A model generated the notes under the pieces. The model searched no databases and was not told the DNA's origin. It worked only from the letters and a program-made list of their open reading frames with translations. Source: the human T2T-CHM13v2.0 reference genome, Homo sapiens. Taken from it: a stretch of DNA of 64,000 nucleotides. Location of the stretch: NCBI RefSeq assembly GCF_009914755.1, contig NC_060931.1; one strand, 5' to 3'. Positions 1 to 13,600 of this stretch are shown one piece after another (positions within the stretch are counted from its first letter, which is position 1; each line of letters begins with the position of its first letter). The translations under genes and the position numbers were made by a program.

Positions 1-99
1 CTGAGCCCGTAAGTTTTACTCCATCAGTTAAGAAATGAAGTGACAGGTAACAACTGACAAAAACAAGCACTTTAGACACACAGTATTTTACTATTTGCA

Positions 100-340
100 G
101 GTAATACAGCTAAGCACCTGAGCCCTGGAGAACGACTGCCTGTATTCAAAACTCAGCTTTTTGACCTGCTACCTGTGACTGTAAGAGCACTATGCCTAAG
201 AATATATGTTTTCTGCACTGTTTGATGGAAATGATGATAGATTGTATGCTACAGTTGTAAACTTTTATACAAGATATTGTCGGTGAAAGTGTTTCTGGAC
301 TGCATGGAGCATAACACTAACAATTACTATTATTATTAGA
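100..340 (+). mobile_element. MIR fragment
   Basis: Degenerate MIR-like core (gccctggag...gactgcctg.attcaaa.ctcagct...ctgtgac) with a tattattatta tail. Confidence 0.5.
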
Positions 341-387
341 CTAGGTAATGTGGGAATAGTCTTTCAGATTAACTCAATACAAAATTA

Positions 388-738
<351 letters not shown>

Positions 739-3088
739 TCAATTAAAATTGATTCCCAAAACAAAAAATAAAGCAAATAAACTCACTATTGCACATAAAG
801 ACCCTCTGAAATGTCAGGGTCTCTTAGTAAGTCATAAATGACTTAACTAACTTGCATGTTTCATAAATGCGATAAACAAATCAACAAAACTCTTTAGAAT
901 GTACTTTTGAAACACTTAAGCTTTAAGAACTTTATTTTCATTTAATTCGAACAACCAATAGAGCTGGCTGCTCTTGAGTTAGGATGTCAAGTCACAGGAC
1001 CTACAAGGATTTCTCTTGGGCCTGGTCCTCTGGATTTGAATATCACCATTATTTCTCTACAACCAGTTTCTCCCAAAGTAGCCACATGCCTAAAAAATTC
1101 TATTTCTGCCAAATCATGGAATGCAACAAACTGAACTAATCTTTTAATGCTAACTCAACAGGTGTAAAGTGCTTTCAAACTAAAGTTTACTGCATTCTTG
1201 GATGCAGAAAAACATTAAAAATTTTAAAGTTATTTTCCAAAGTTTTGGAAGTATGCCTACTAAGCACAGGAAAACGAATGGGATGGAGGGGAGCAGGTTT
1301 GAAGGGGAAACAAGAAAAGCCCATGGCGAAAGGGAGAATTATTTAGTCTTTTTTAGGAAACCTTTTATCTGAGTAGTCTTTGGCCTGGAAGATACTTTTT
1401 CCATGAAATCCACAGAGGCCGAACAAAAAGCTCCACTTTCCAGCACTAAAAGTGGACAGAAGAGCAGGCAGTGAAACAGTTATCCTAAAATGCAACTCTT
1501 GTTTGAGGCTCCTGTGCTCCCAAATTACCCAAATAATAAGCACCACAAGGAACTGTCTGTATTTGAATACCAGAGTATCTTGTTGGCACAGTTGATAGAA
1601 AATCTTCAAATACTTATATTATATTTATTGATGGAAAACACTGTAATAAAGATGGCATCTATGAAATAGAAAGGTGAAAGAAACAATTCAGTCACTAAAA
1701 ATACCTCATCGTGGAAAAACCTTATCTAACTAAAAAATTATCAAATACTTATTATATAATTTTAAATTACAGAAGTGTTTATAAATCAAAATCAATTTCT
1801 CAACTTTAATAAGGAGAACAAAAAATCAGAGATACTAATTTACAAGTGGATCTCACAAGTGTAGCCTACGAAAAATAAGTCATTATAATTAGAATTATAT
1901 TTCTGCTTTTTATTTTGTTTGTAGTTATGGCAATTAAACTATACAAAGATATTATTTTCCAAATGATCTCTCTACAGAATTTTTTTTAGTACAAGATATT
2001 GGAAGTCAACACAAAAGGCTCCTCTTTCTTTTGTCTCTAAATCCTCCATAGTTGTTAACTTCCCAAAAGGCTCCGATGTCAACACAAAGTAAGTATTTTA
2101 TAAAATATGTGTAGATAGGAGTCAAGGGATGTGCTATCATTTCATCTAATTTTAGAATATCTCTAATATCCTTCAAAACAAGGACATTGCACCTGGTTAG
2201 AATCTTTTAAAAAAGAGACTTTGAAAGATATTCCTAATAAGGTGTGCATAAATTATTAAAATGTTTTCTCTGATCTCTTTTCTACAACAGAATTTCGTCT
2301 TGGGAAAAAAATCAATAACTCCATCTTTATTTTGTGTAGTATTCCTCCTTACTCAGCACCTTTGTAGTTCTTACATTTCTTCTGGTTTAGCTGCTTTGAT
2401 AATTGTTTCCTAATACAAAGCCGAAAATGTAAGATGTGTAAAAGAAATCACTACTTGACATCAACGACATTACAGAATTGTGTAATATTTAACTCAAAAT
2501 TTTATTTATTTACTTTTACTCAATATTTATCTTATAAGATAATTTTAAATTCATATATTTTATATCTATTATTTCATAACTTTTTTCTAAAAATCTACTT
2601 ACCTCATTTACAGTGTTCAAGGACTATATAGAAAGTTTAGAAATCTTATTAGCAATAATCAAGCCACATTTTCAAAATTTTATTCCAACCTTAGCTCTAG
2701 AATGCATGATACAGTTAAGTGAGGATTATATTGATGGCTTGGGCTCTCATTTGAGGATCTGAGGACTACGTTCAACAAATACTAAAAGAATAGCTCTACA
2801 AGCCCATCTCATTCATCAGTCAAGTTCATAGCATGATATACAGAGCTTTCTGGCAAACTGACAATATAACTTTTCCCCTCAAAAAAAGTAGATATAAAAT
2901 ATACATTAAAATGTATACTTCCATTTATCCTTCTTCCTGATATTATTTAAGAAAGTTGGGTAATATATAATAGAATTTACAGTACTTGAATTTCATATAC
3001 TTTGGAAGAATGTGTCAAGTTAGAAATAATAGATCCATAGTGATAGCATATGCAAATAATTTCCTTTTTTTATTTCTATATATGAGGT

Positions 3089-3166
3089 AACCTGTAATAG
3101 ATTATTTTCCAGTTTAATGTAATGACCAACCTGCATTAGATTATTTTCCAGTTTAATGTAATGACC
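3089..3166. repeat. 39-bp tandem duplication
   Basis: aacctgtaatagattattttccagtttaatgtaatgacc followed by aacctgcattagattattttccagtttaatgtaatgacc (2 mismatches). Confidence 0.92.
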
Positions 3167-3521
3167 AAGACTAGAATTCTCCAAAATTCAGAACTGGTTA
3201 ATAAACAATATATTAAGAAGCCAAATAAATCATTTTATTTTTAAGAGATAAACCTTAACCCTTGGTGACAGGTACTTCATAATAACTGAGTTTGCAATTA
3301 TAAAATCTTCTGTATATTATCCTACAGGAATTCCTACAGGAATTTCAAGTATTTTTTTAGTCTTTAAAATCTTATAACTTCTTCAAAGATTTGAGAAAGA
3401 GAAAAACCACTTTTGATCCCCAAATGTAATGAGAAATAAAAACTAATTTAGTTTCTGACATTCAAAATAGAATTTTGTTGGAAAACCATTCCATACTCAT
3501 GGATTAGAAGAATCCATTGTC

Positions 3522-3857
<336 letters not shown>

Positions 3858-5099
3858 GAATCAATGTCATAAAAATGGCCATATGCCCTAAGCAATCTAA
3901 AGAATCAAGACTATTTCTATGAAACTACCAATGTTGTTTTTTACAAAATTAGAAAAAAAAAACTATTCTAAAATTCATATAGAGCCAAAAAAGTGTCCCA
4001 ATAGCAAAAGCAATCTTAGGCAAAAAGAATAAAGCCTGAGGCATTACATTACCCAACTTCATACTATATTATAAGGCTACAGTAACTAAACATCATAGTA
4101 GTCATTCAAAAACACACACACAGACCAATGGAACAGAATAGAGAACCCAAAAATAAAGCCACACACCTACAGCCATCTGATCTTTGTCAAAGTCAACAAA
4201 AATTAGCAATGGGAAAAGGACTCCCTATTCAATAAATGGTCCTTGGATAACTGGCTAGCCATAGGCAGAAGAATGAAACTGTACCCCTACTTTTCACCAT
4301 ATGCAAAAATTAACTTAAGATGGATTAAAGATTTAAATGTAAGACCTCAAACTTTAAAAATCCTAGGAAAAAACCCTAGGAAGTACCTTTCTGGACATGG
4401 GCCTTGGCAAAGAACTTATGACTAAGTTCTCAAAAGCAGTTGCAAAAAACCTAAAAATTAACAAGTTCAACCTCATTAAAGAGTTTCTCCACAGCAAAAT
4501 AAACTATCAATAGAGTAAACAGACAACCTACAGAATGGGAGAAAATATTCACAAACTACGCATCTGAAAAAGGTCTAATATCCAGAATCTATAAGGAACT
4601 TAAATATTTCAACGAGAAAAAACAACCCCATTGAAAAGTGGGCAAAAGACATGAACAGATGCCTCTCAAAAGATGACATACAAATGGCCAACAAACATGA
4701 GAAAATGCTCAACATCACTAATCATCAAAGAAACGCAAATCAAAACCACAATGAGGTATCATCTTACACCAGTCCGAATCACTATTATTAAAAAGTCAAA
4801 AAACAACAGATGTCACTGACGCTGTGGGGAAAAGGGAACATTTATACACTGTTGGTGGGAATGTAAATTAAATCAGTCACTATGAAAAGCAGTTTGGAGA
4901 TTTCTCAAAGAACTGAAAAAAGAACTATCATTCAACCTAGCAATCCCATTATGGGTATATACCCAGGGAAAATAAATTATTCTACCAAAAACACACATGT
5001 ACTGGTACGTTCATCCCAGCAGTATTCACAGTAGCAAAGACATGGAATCAGCCATGGTGCCCATCAACAGTAGATTGGATAAAGAAAATGTAGTATACC

Positions 5100-5580
5100 T
5101 GAAACTGGTCCAATTGTCCCACAGAACTGATCTTTATGGTTTCTTTTGAATAAATATAGAAATTGACCCTCCCAGTCTTAAAACTTCAGAAAGTTTACAA
5201 CTGTCTTATCTGAGTTCCTTTCTCAGGAAACCATCAGGCCTCCCAGATGGTATCAAGGAACTGAAACTTACCAGATTACCACATCTGGAAAATGAGATTC
5301 CAAACCCCTACCCATCATGATTGCTTAACTGATCATCAGCTTCCTGTTGACCAACTCATCTTCCTTATTCCTCCCTAATTCCTGTATTCCTACATGTAGC
5401 TATATTTCTTCCCTGCTATATAAACCCAATTTTAATCAGTCAGAGAGATGGATTTGAGACTGATCTTCCATCTCCTCAGCTGGAGCACCCTATAAAGCCC
5501 TCTTGCCTAGCAATACTCATTGTTTCAGTGATTGGCTTTTTGTGCAGGATGTAGACTAAACCCCTGGCATTTCAGTAATA
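5100..5580 (+). mobile_element. ERV1 solo LTR (MER66-like) inserted in the L1 3' region
   Basis: tgaaactggtccaattgtcccacagaactga...gcatttcagtaata; internal TATATAA at ~5417; L1 sequence resumes on both sides. Confidence 0.75.
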
Positions 5581-6595
5581 CATATACACCATGCAGCACT
5601 ATGAAGCCATAAAAAAGACTAAAACGTGTCCTTGGCAGCAACATGGATGCAAACGGAGGCCATTATCCTAAACAAATTAATGCAGAAACAGAAAACCAAA
5701 TACTGCATGTTCTCGCTTATAAGGGCAAGCTAAACATTGGGTACCCACAGACATAAAGATGGGAACAATAGACACTAGGGACTACTGAAGGGGGAAGGAA
5801 GGAAGAGGGTAAGGGTTGAAAAACTACCTATTGGGTACTATACTCACTATCTGGGTGACAATATCATCCATACCTCAAACCTCAGCATCATGCGATGTAC
5901 CTTTGTAACAAACCTGCACATGTACTCCTTGAGAATCTAAAATAAAAGTTGAGATTTTTTTTAAAAAAAATAGAATTTCAGGTTCTTCAGCAACACAAAT
6001 GGTTGAAAAGCAAGGGAAAATAGAGTGACTAGTTTGCTAAATCACTTTACATTGGCTTTCTTTACGTATCAAAAGACAAACTGAGGTCCTCTTCTGCACA
6101 CAATTAGATTGAAAGTAAAAGGGCAGAAAATAATATATTCTACAAGCAGCAACCAAAAGAAAGGTGGTGTGGCTGTACTACTATCAAACAAAGAAGAACT
6201 TGAAACATAAACGTCTTACCAGAGACAAGAGGGACACTTTATAATGATAAAAGGGTCAATCCGTGAGGAAGATAAAGCAATTGTAAACATAACTGAACCT
6301 AATAACAGAGCACTGAAATATGTGAAGCAAAATGCAGCAGAAACGCAGGGAAAAAATACACATTTTAACAATAATATTTGGAATCTTTAATATCCCACTT
6401 TCAATATCAATTTTAAAAACAGGCAGCATAATATAAATTAGAACAACAATATAAACCAACTTGACCTAGCAGACATCTATAAACACTATTCCTAAAAATA
6501 TCAGAATATAAATTTTCCCCAAGTGCACATGGAATATTCGCCAAAATAGACAATCCGCTAGACAATAAAACAAGCCTTGATAAATTTAAACAGAA

Positions 6596-6737
6596 AGCTG
6601 GGCATGGTGGTATGTTCCTATAAACCCAGCTACTAGGGAGGTTGACGTGGGAGAATTGCTTCAGCCCAGGAGTTCAAATCCAGCCTAGGCAACATAGTAA
6701 GATCCTATTTCTAAAAATAAAATAACATAAAATAAAA
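6596..6737 (+). mobile_element. FLAM (monomeric Alu)
   Basis: Single ~130-bp Alu left-type monomer with an A-rich tail. Confidence 0.8.
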
Positions 6738-8219
6738 ATTGAAATTCAAAAAGATGAAATTCATATAAAGTATGTTCTGTGATTACAATGGAATGAAATT
6801 AGAACTCAATAACAATGAAATTTAAAAAACTTTACAAATATGTGGAAATTAAACAACCGAAATAATCACTGAGTCAAAGAATAAATGAAAAAGAAAATTA
6901 GAAAATACTTGAAGAAATGTTAAAATGAAGACACAATATAGTAAAATGTATGGAAGGCTGCTAAAGTAATTCTTAGAGGGACACGTATAGACAGGAATAT
7001 GCCTATAGTATAGGAGAAAAAGATGAACATCAAGTTAACCTTGCACCTTAAGACACTGTAAAAATAAGAGCATTCTAAACCTAAAAGAAGCAGAAGGAAG
7101 GAAATTTTAAAGATTGGATATAAAATTGATGGAACTGAGTATAGAAAAACAATAGAGAAAAATCAGTGAAACCAAAAGCTGGTTCTTTGAAAGAATCAAC
7201 AAAACTGACGGACCTCTAACTAGATTTATGGAGAAAAGAAGAGAGAAGATTCAAATGACAAGAAGCAGGAATGAAATAGGGGACACTACTGAAAACCTTA
7301 TTAAGGAATACTATGACTGCTATATGCCAATAATTATAGATAACTTAGATGAGATTGACAAATTTCTAAAAAGACAGGAGCTGCAAAACCAACTCAAGAA
7401 GAAAAATACAATCCAAATAGATTTATAACAAGTAAAAATATCAAATCAGTCAAAAAACTACCCACAAAGAAAAGACCTGGCCCAGATGGCATCAATGCTA
7501 AATTCTACCAAACATTTCAAAAAGAATTACCACCAATTTGTCTCAAACACTTTCAAAAAATAGAAGAAGATGGAACACTTTCCACTCATTGTACGAGCCC
7601 GGTATTATAGCCCATTATCCTGGCTACCCCGACAGGAAAGCCAGAAATATATATAACAAGAAAAGCTGACTATAAACCAATACATCTCTGGAATATGAGT
7701 GAAAAAATTTTCAGCAAACAGAATCCAGGAACATAAAGCATACATATAGAAAAATTATGACCAAGTGAGATTTATTCCAGGAAAACAAGGTTGGTTTAAT
7801 AACTAAAATCGAATTACTATAATAAACCACATAGATAGCATAAAAGCTGAAATCCACATGTTCATCTCAACAGACACAGGGAAAGCATTTTTAAAAATCC
7901 AACACCTTTTCATGATAAAAACACTCAACAAACTAGGAATAGAAGGAAGTTTCCTCAACTTGATAAAGGATATATACGAAAATCCCATAGCTTACATTTT
8001 ATGTGATGAAGAAAGACTAGATGCTTTCCTATAAAATCAGGAATAAGACAAGTATGTCTACTCTCACCTTTTCAATGCCACATTGTACTTTAGAATAGCT
8101 AATTCTACCCAGGGGGATTAACCAAAATAAATAAATAAAAGATATCCAGATTGGAAAGGAATAAGTAATACCATCTCCATATAGAAAATTCTAAGGAATC
8201 AACTAAAAAAACTAAAGTA

Positions 8220-8261
8220 TAGTAGCCCCTCAGTATCCACAGGGGATTATTTCCACGACCC
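8220..8261. mobile_element. MER2/Tigger-type terminal fragment
   Basis: agtagcccctcagtatccacaggggattatttccacgaccc resembles a MER2 end, preceded by TA. Confidence 0.55.
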
Positions 8262-10429
8262 ACAGAATGGGAGAAAATAATTGCAAATCACATATCCAAT
8301 AAGAAAATTATATCTGGAATATGCAAATAACTTATACAACTCAATAAGAAAAAGGCCAAGTACTCATTTTTTAAAATGGCAAGATCTGAGTATTTCTCTG
8401 AAGAGAATAAGCAAATTTCTCATAAGGGCATTAAAATGCTTGACATCATTAGCCATTAGGAAAATGACAATCAAACTACAATGAAATACCACTTCACAAC
8501 CACGAGGATAGGTAGAATCCAAATCTCAGTTAATAAAAAGTGTTGATGGAAACATGAAGAAGTTAGAAGCTTTACACACTGTTGCAGAAATACAAAACAG
8601 CACAGCCACTTTGGAAAACATCCTGGCTGTTCCTTAAGTAGTTAATCACAGAGTTACCCTATGACCCGGTATTTCCACTCCTAGGCATATATCTCGGAGA
8701 AATGAAAACATACATCCAAACAAAACTTGTACCTCGGTGCTTTATAGCAACATTATTTATAATAGTCAAAAGGTGGAAACAACTCAAATGTTCATCAACA
8801 AATGAATGTACATACAAAATATAGTATATCCACACAATGGAACATTATTCTATCTTAAAAAGGAATGAAATACTGGTACATGCTACAAGATGAATGAACC
8901 TTGATAATACTGTGCTAGATGAAGTAAGCCAGTCACAAAAGACAACCTATTATATGATTCAGTTTACATAAAATATCCAGAATAGGCAAATGCAATGAGA
9001 CAGAAAGTAGATTAGTAATTCCTTATCGCTGGGGAGAAAGGGAGGGTGATAGCCGGCATGCGGCATGATAGCCCAGGGTATAGTATTTCTTTCTGATTGA
9101 TAAATATGTTCTAAAATTGACTGTGGTCATCGCTGCATATACCTGTAAATATACTCTGAATATACACATATCTGTGAAAATGAAAAACCATAGAGTCGCA
9201 CACTTTGAGTGATTTGTATGGTATATGAACATCTTAATAAAGCTATTTGAAAAAAAGAAGTCTCAATAAATGCATTTTCCATTTACCTCGTCTTCTAGTT
9301 TTACTCCATTAAACATAAAGAACTTGACAATGTTACCAATGTTATGAACTTAAAACCTGGTAATGGGTAATATTTGTCTTCAGCAGAGAGATTACAAAGC
9401 TATTATATAGAGGCAAAAAAGGGTTATGCGGTCTATAGTAAACATGAAATCATCTTCCTTTATAAACATTGGTCATTTTTTTCCTGGAAATATTTATGTA
9501 ACTGTAATGAACAGATACATGTTATTACATGTATTTTTTAAAGTTATTCATAAAGATTTAGTAACGCTGTAAGCAAACCAAAGAAGGACCAGAAAAAATA
9601 TCATTGCAGAAAATAATAAATTTGATTTTAGTATTTTATTTTTAAGTTTTGTATAGGATAGTGTTTGTATTCCCCTTATACAAAGCAAACTTACATCAGT
9701 AAAATGAGTTAAGATCAAAAAATGATAAGACAAAACTATACCCTGGACTGCTATAAATGTTGTACATAATGTTTTTTCAAGCTGCAGATGGTTGAACACA
9801 GATCAGACTTTTTCTGAAAAACGTAAGGAAACTTGCAATATAAGAACAAGTCACCTTTCATTAATATTCCTATCTGTATGAACACAAAAAACAAGCAAAA
9901 AGGGCTAATGAAAGTAGTTTTGGTTTAACTTCACTGTATTTTAAACTAAATGTTCTTTGTCATGGATTAAAGAAGTAGGAGGGGAGTATTCGCTCCACAG
10001 AGATCTCTTTTACAGTGCCAAAACTGATTCTAACATATATATACAAAAACCATAATACAGTATAATACGGATATACAAAACTTAACTTGGTGATTTATTG
10101 TAGGGATAAAATGTTCACCAATGAATTATTTCTGAGGGTCCGGTTGGAGGTGGAATTCGTGCAGTATGGAATTCAACTCTGTTCTGAGAATTCAGGTCCA
10201 CTTGCGGCTAGCATACCTTGCAGATCCGGCGAAAGTTTCTTACAGTAAATTACAATGACCTCAAAGAGCAGGATAACAGCAGGAAACAACCAAAAACAGA
10301 ACCAAGGGTCGTAGAGTAAGAGGAGGCAACAACCGCATGTGCGCAAAAGAAAAGTGTAGAGTTTTCAAGCTGGAAATTGACCTTTTCAAAGACAGCAGAG
10401 GGACAGAGAGGAGGCGGGTGAGGAACAAA

Positions 10430-11160
10430 CATCGCTTGCTGCCTTAAAACGCACAGGGACGCTCCCCAAGTCGTCCAAAAAGTCTAGCCTAGTCCCTCTA
10501 CCGCCCACGCGGCGCCACTGCGCGCCCACCCCCGCGCGCCCTACCTCGCTTACCTTCCCCCCAGGCCAGGAACATCAGCGCGATCACCAGCACGCAGGCT
10601 CCGCCAGGCATCGCTGCTTCCGCAGGTGGGGCGAAAGGCGTCGCAGAGCCCGGGCCGCGGGTGCCAGGAGGATGGGGCCACAGCAGCCCCTCGGGCCTCC
10701 TTTCTTGGATTTTCTCAGTCTGTTGCTGCTTGGAACAGGGAAGCTCCGCGTCCTCGTTCTGGGGTGCACCCAGTCCTTTCGTGGGATAGAGCCTTCGCGT
10801 AATCCGTCTGCGACTCCTCCCTTCCCATTTTGGCTGCTGGCTGACCTGAAAGCCACGCCCAACCTGTCCCCATAGCCCAGCGTGTACCGGCAGTGGCTCC
10901 GCCGCCTTGGATGTCACCGTGCAGTCGCACAGCCAGGAGTCAAGCTACAGGGATGTGGCTCTCCGCCCGCTGCGTCTTGCTGTTCTAACAGAGGCTGTAT
11001 GAAAACTTGGTAATCCTAGAAACTGCTCAGATGGACCTCGCATAAAAGAAGCCTCACAAGGTTACGTTGGAAGGGGAAGTTTCCCATGATTGTATCTGCA
11101 GACGGATTCCTAACTGCGTAATGGGCGCTACTGGTTTGCACCCCAACGCGAAGGCGCTGA
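10430..11160. promoter_or_regulatory. VWDE: CpG island / VWDE promoter and 5'UTR
   Basis: The only GC- and CpG-dense non-repeat stretch in an AT-rich window; surrounds exon 1 and contains GC boxes (ccgccc 10501, 10963). Confidence 0.88.
10554..10611 (-). CDS. VWDE: VWDE coding part of exon 1 (signal peptide MPGGACVLVIALMFLAWGE)
   Basis: gcgATGc at 10611, hydrophobic signal peptide, donor GAAG|gtaagc after 10554; joins in frame to exon 2. Confidence 0.97.
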
Positions 11161-11451
11161 AAATGCTCCTGTCACCTTAGATCTCAGTGATGAACGACAG
11201 GAGGAGGAAGTAGACACTAACGTTGCAACAGTAGATGCCTTTTCTTCTGCCTCTGTGACAGGTTTTCAGAAGTGGAAAGGACTGCATTTAGACACTAGCC
11301 AAACCATGAGGTTTGTCACCTGTATTTGCCAGTGATTCCCAGAGCTCTTACAGTTGTCCCAGGACGCTTTAGCACATGGCCACACGACTCCCAAGGTTGA
11401 CCTGGGAGTTATTAGAAGATCAGAGGGCTCTAATGTCTTCCCCCAACCTCG

Positions 11452-11621
11452 TTTTTGTTTTGTTTTGTTTTGTTCGAGACAAGGTCTCACTCTGTCACCC
11501 AGGCTGGAGTGCAGTGGCACAGTCACAGCTCGCTGGAGCCTTGAACTCCTGGCGTCAAGCGATCTTCCCCCTCAGTCTCCCAAAATGCTGGGATTACAGG
11601 CGTGAGCCACCGTGCCAGGTC
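11452..11621 (-). mobile_element. Monomeric Alu (FAM/FRAM-like)
   Basis: (ttttg)n tail then a ~150-bp single Alu monomer. Confidence 0.82.
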
Positions 11622-12648
11622 TAAGGTCTTCAGAAGTGTGGTTGCCTCTGCAGAGGAACAGGGTCCTTTTTTCAACTGATTCTACATCTTTTTATGTCTG
11701 AAAATGAAACCTCACTGTCCTAGTTTTTCCCTGGCTGTCTCATTCCTTGAGTCTCCCATCCATCACCTTGCACTTGGTTCTCACAGAGCCTTTACCTGAA
11801 GAGGATAGTTTGGGGGTCCAAGTGGGCACCAAGGTTCCACCCACAAATTTGGAGGTTCAAGGTTGGCCTAGGCATGGTGGTGGAAACAGGAGGTGTCCAA
11901 ATGCATAAACAAGTATTTTTTTAATTTCATATAATTCTTTATTTTTAATTTGAAAGGTAAATTACCATTTAAAATTTTAAAGCTTATCATCTCCATAGTA
12001 CAAATATTAACCCATATTGGAAATAATTTCTTTTTGGTACACAATACTTGTGTGTAGCCATCTTTCAAATGCAGCAAGGGCACCCAATTTTCTGGATTAA
12101 AAATAAAATATTACTTTTTGGTGGACGGTAGACAGGTGATTTTTATCTTAAGGCTTAAGTATGGAAGGGCAATATAATGTAGGCACAATGAAAACCCAGA
12201 GATTTCTTAGTGTACAGTTAAGTCTTTTGTTTCCGCTTAAAAAATTCTAATAAAACAGACAAGAAATTAAATGTCAGTTTTCTCAATCTATTTGTGAAAT
12301 CACCAGGAACAAAGTAATTTGATGTGAATCAAATCATAGCAGGACTTTTGTGAATTTATTTTCTAGCAGTATCTATACAAATGTAGTAAACTTTTATACT
12401 TTCTTGGAGGACAACATTACTTATCTGACTTCCATCAAAATACAATTTCAGGTATCGTGGGCCTTATTTTTTTCTTCAGTTTTTGATTGTTTATGAGTTT
12501 ATGAGTTTACAATAAACTTGTGCCAAAACCCAACTTCCCTCCATGTGACTAAAGATGGAAAAAACTAAAAGCAACTTAAGAATTTTTTTTCAAGTCTCAG
12601 TAACCTGGCTTGGATCTGCAAGAATGTATCAATTAAATGCTGGTTATA

Positions 12649-12942
<294 letters not shown>

Positions 12943-13329
12943 TTAGTTATAGAACTGTATGGAAAACAAAAAGTAATGAAAATGTTTTAATCTATGTCTC
13001 GTGAAGTTAATCAAAAATTGGTATAAGATTCTTTTTTATATTTTTGAACATTAAAAACAATGGATGCATGGTACCCCGCAATATAGAGACTGACAGCACT
13101 TGTAAAATGCAGTAAATATCACTGAGACAAATAATAAGAATGTCAGAGGGAAGAAGAAATGAAGCCAAGTGCTAATAAGTACAATATAGCTTAAATTAAA
13201 AGATTAACAGGAGAAAATTTTCAAATGATAATTTTCTAGGAAAAGGAGATAACTCAGTTTTTGTCAGGTTAATTTACAAAGTGATGGGCTTGAGTGAAAA
13301 AAAATACCAAATTCAAGGGGCAGAAAAAC

Positions 13330-13600
13330 CCAGTGATTAAGTCCACAAATCCTAGGTTAAAAACACCTGGGCTGTAATTCTAGATCTGCTACCTATTTAT
13401 CAGAAGTGTAACCTTGAACAGCACACTCAACTCCTCTTAACCTCATTTTTCTGTACAATAGAAATGACAATAATAGTACCCCATAGACTTAAAGAATCAA
13501 AAGTGTATGTGCATGCCTGTGTGTGGCTGGGAGCGTGGAAGAGCATCTGGAGAAAGAGCACTCAGAATAGCATTTGGTCCAAAGTAGCTATTATGGTCGA
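13330..13600 (+). mobile_element. MIR
   Basis: acctgggctgtaattctagatctgctacc...tgtaaccttgaaca...cctcatttttctg.acaatagaaatgacaataatagtacc. Confidence 0.65.

Larger units (their letters stand above)
6060..9256 (+). mobile_element. Old L1M (L1MB7/8-like 3' end), ORF2 remnants
   Basis: Degenerate EN/RT homology (gctggttctttgaaagaatcaacaaaactga; IIDNLDEIDKFLKR), L1MB-type 3'UTR, aataaa plus A-run at ~9236-9256. Confidence 0.82.

Noticed and set aside
1343-1609. 88-aa minus-strand ORF in VWDE intron 1 as an extra exon
   Set aside because: Exons 1 and 2 already join in phase to give the known protein; the ORF has a non-ATG start and no recognisable homology.
10498-10553. GKRGRARGGGRAVAPRGR as VWDE coding sequence
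   Set aside because: It is read-through into intron 1 past the canonical donor.
10700-10960. Extension of block B homology into the VWDE CpG island
   Set aside because: Only a short match (gatgtggctctcc vs gattgtagctctcc) was visible; too weak to call without an alignment.
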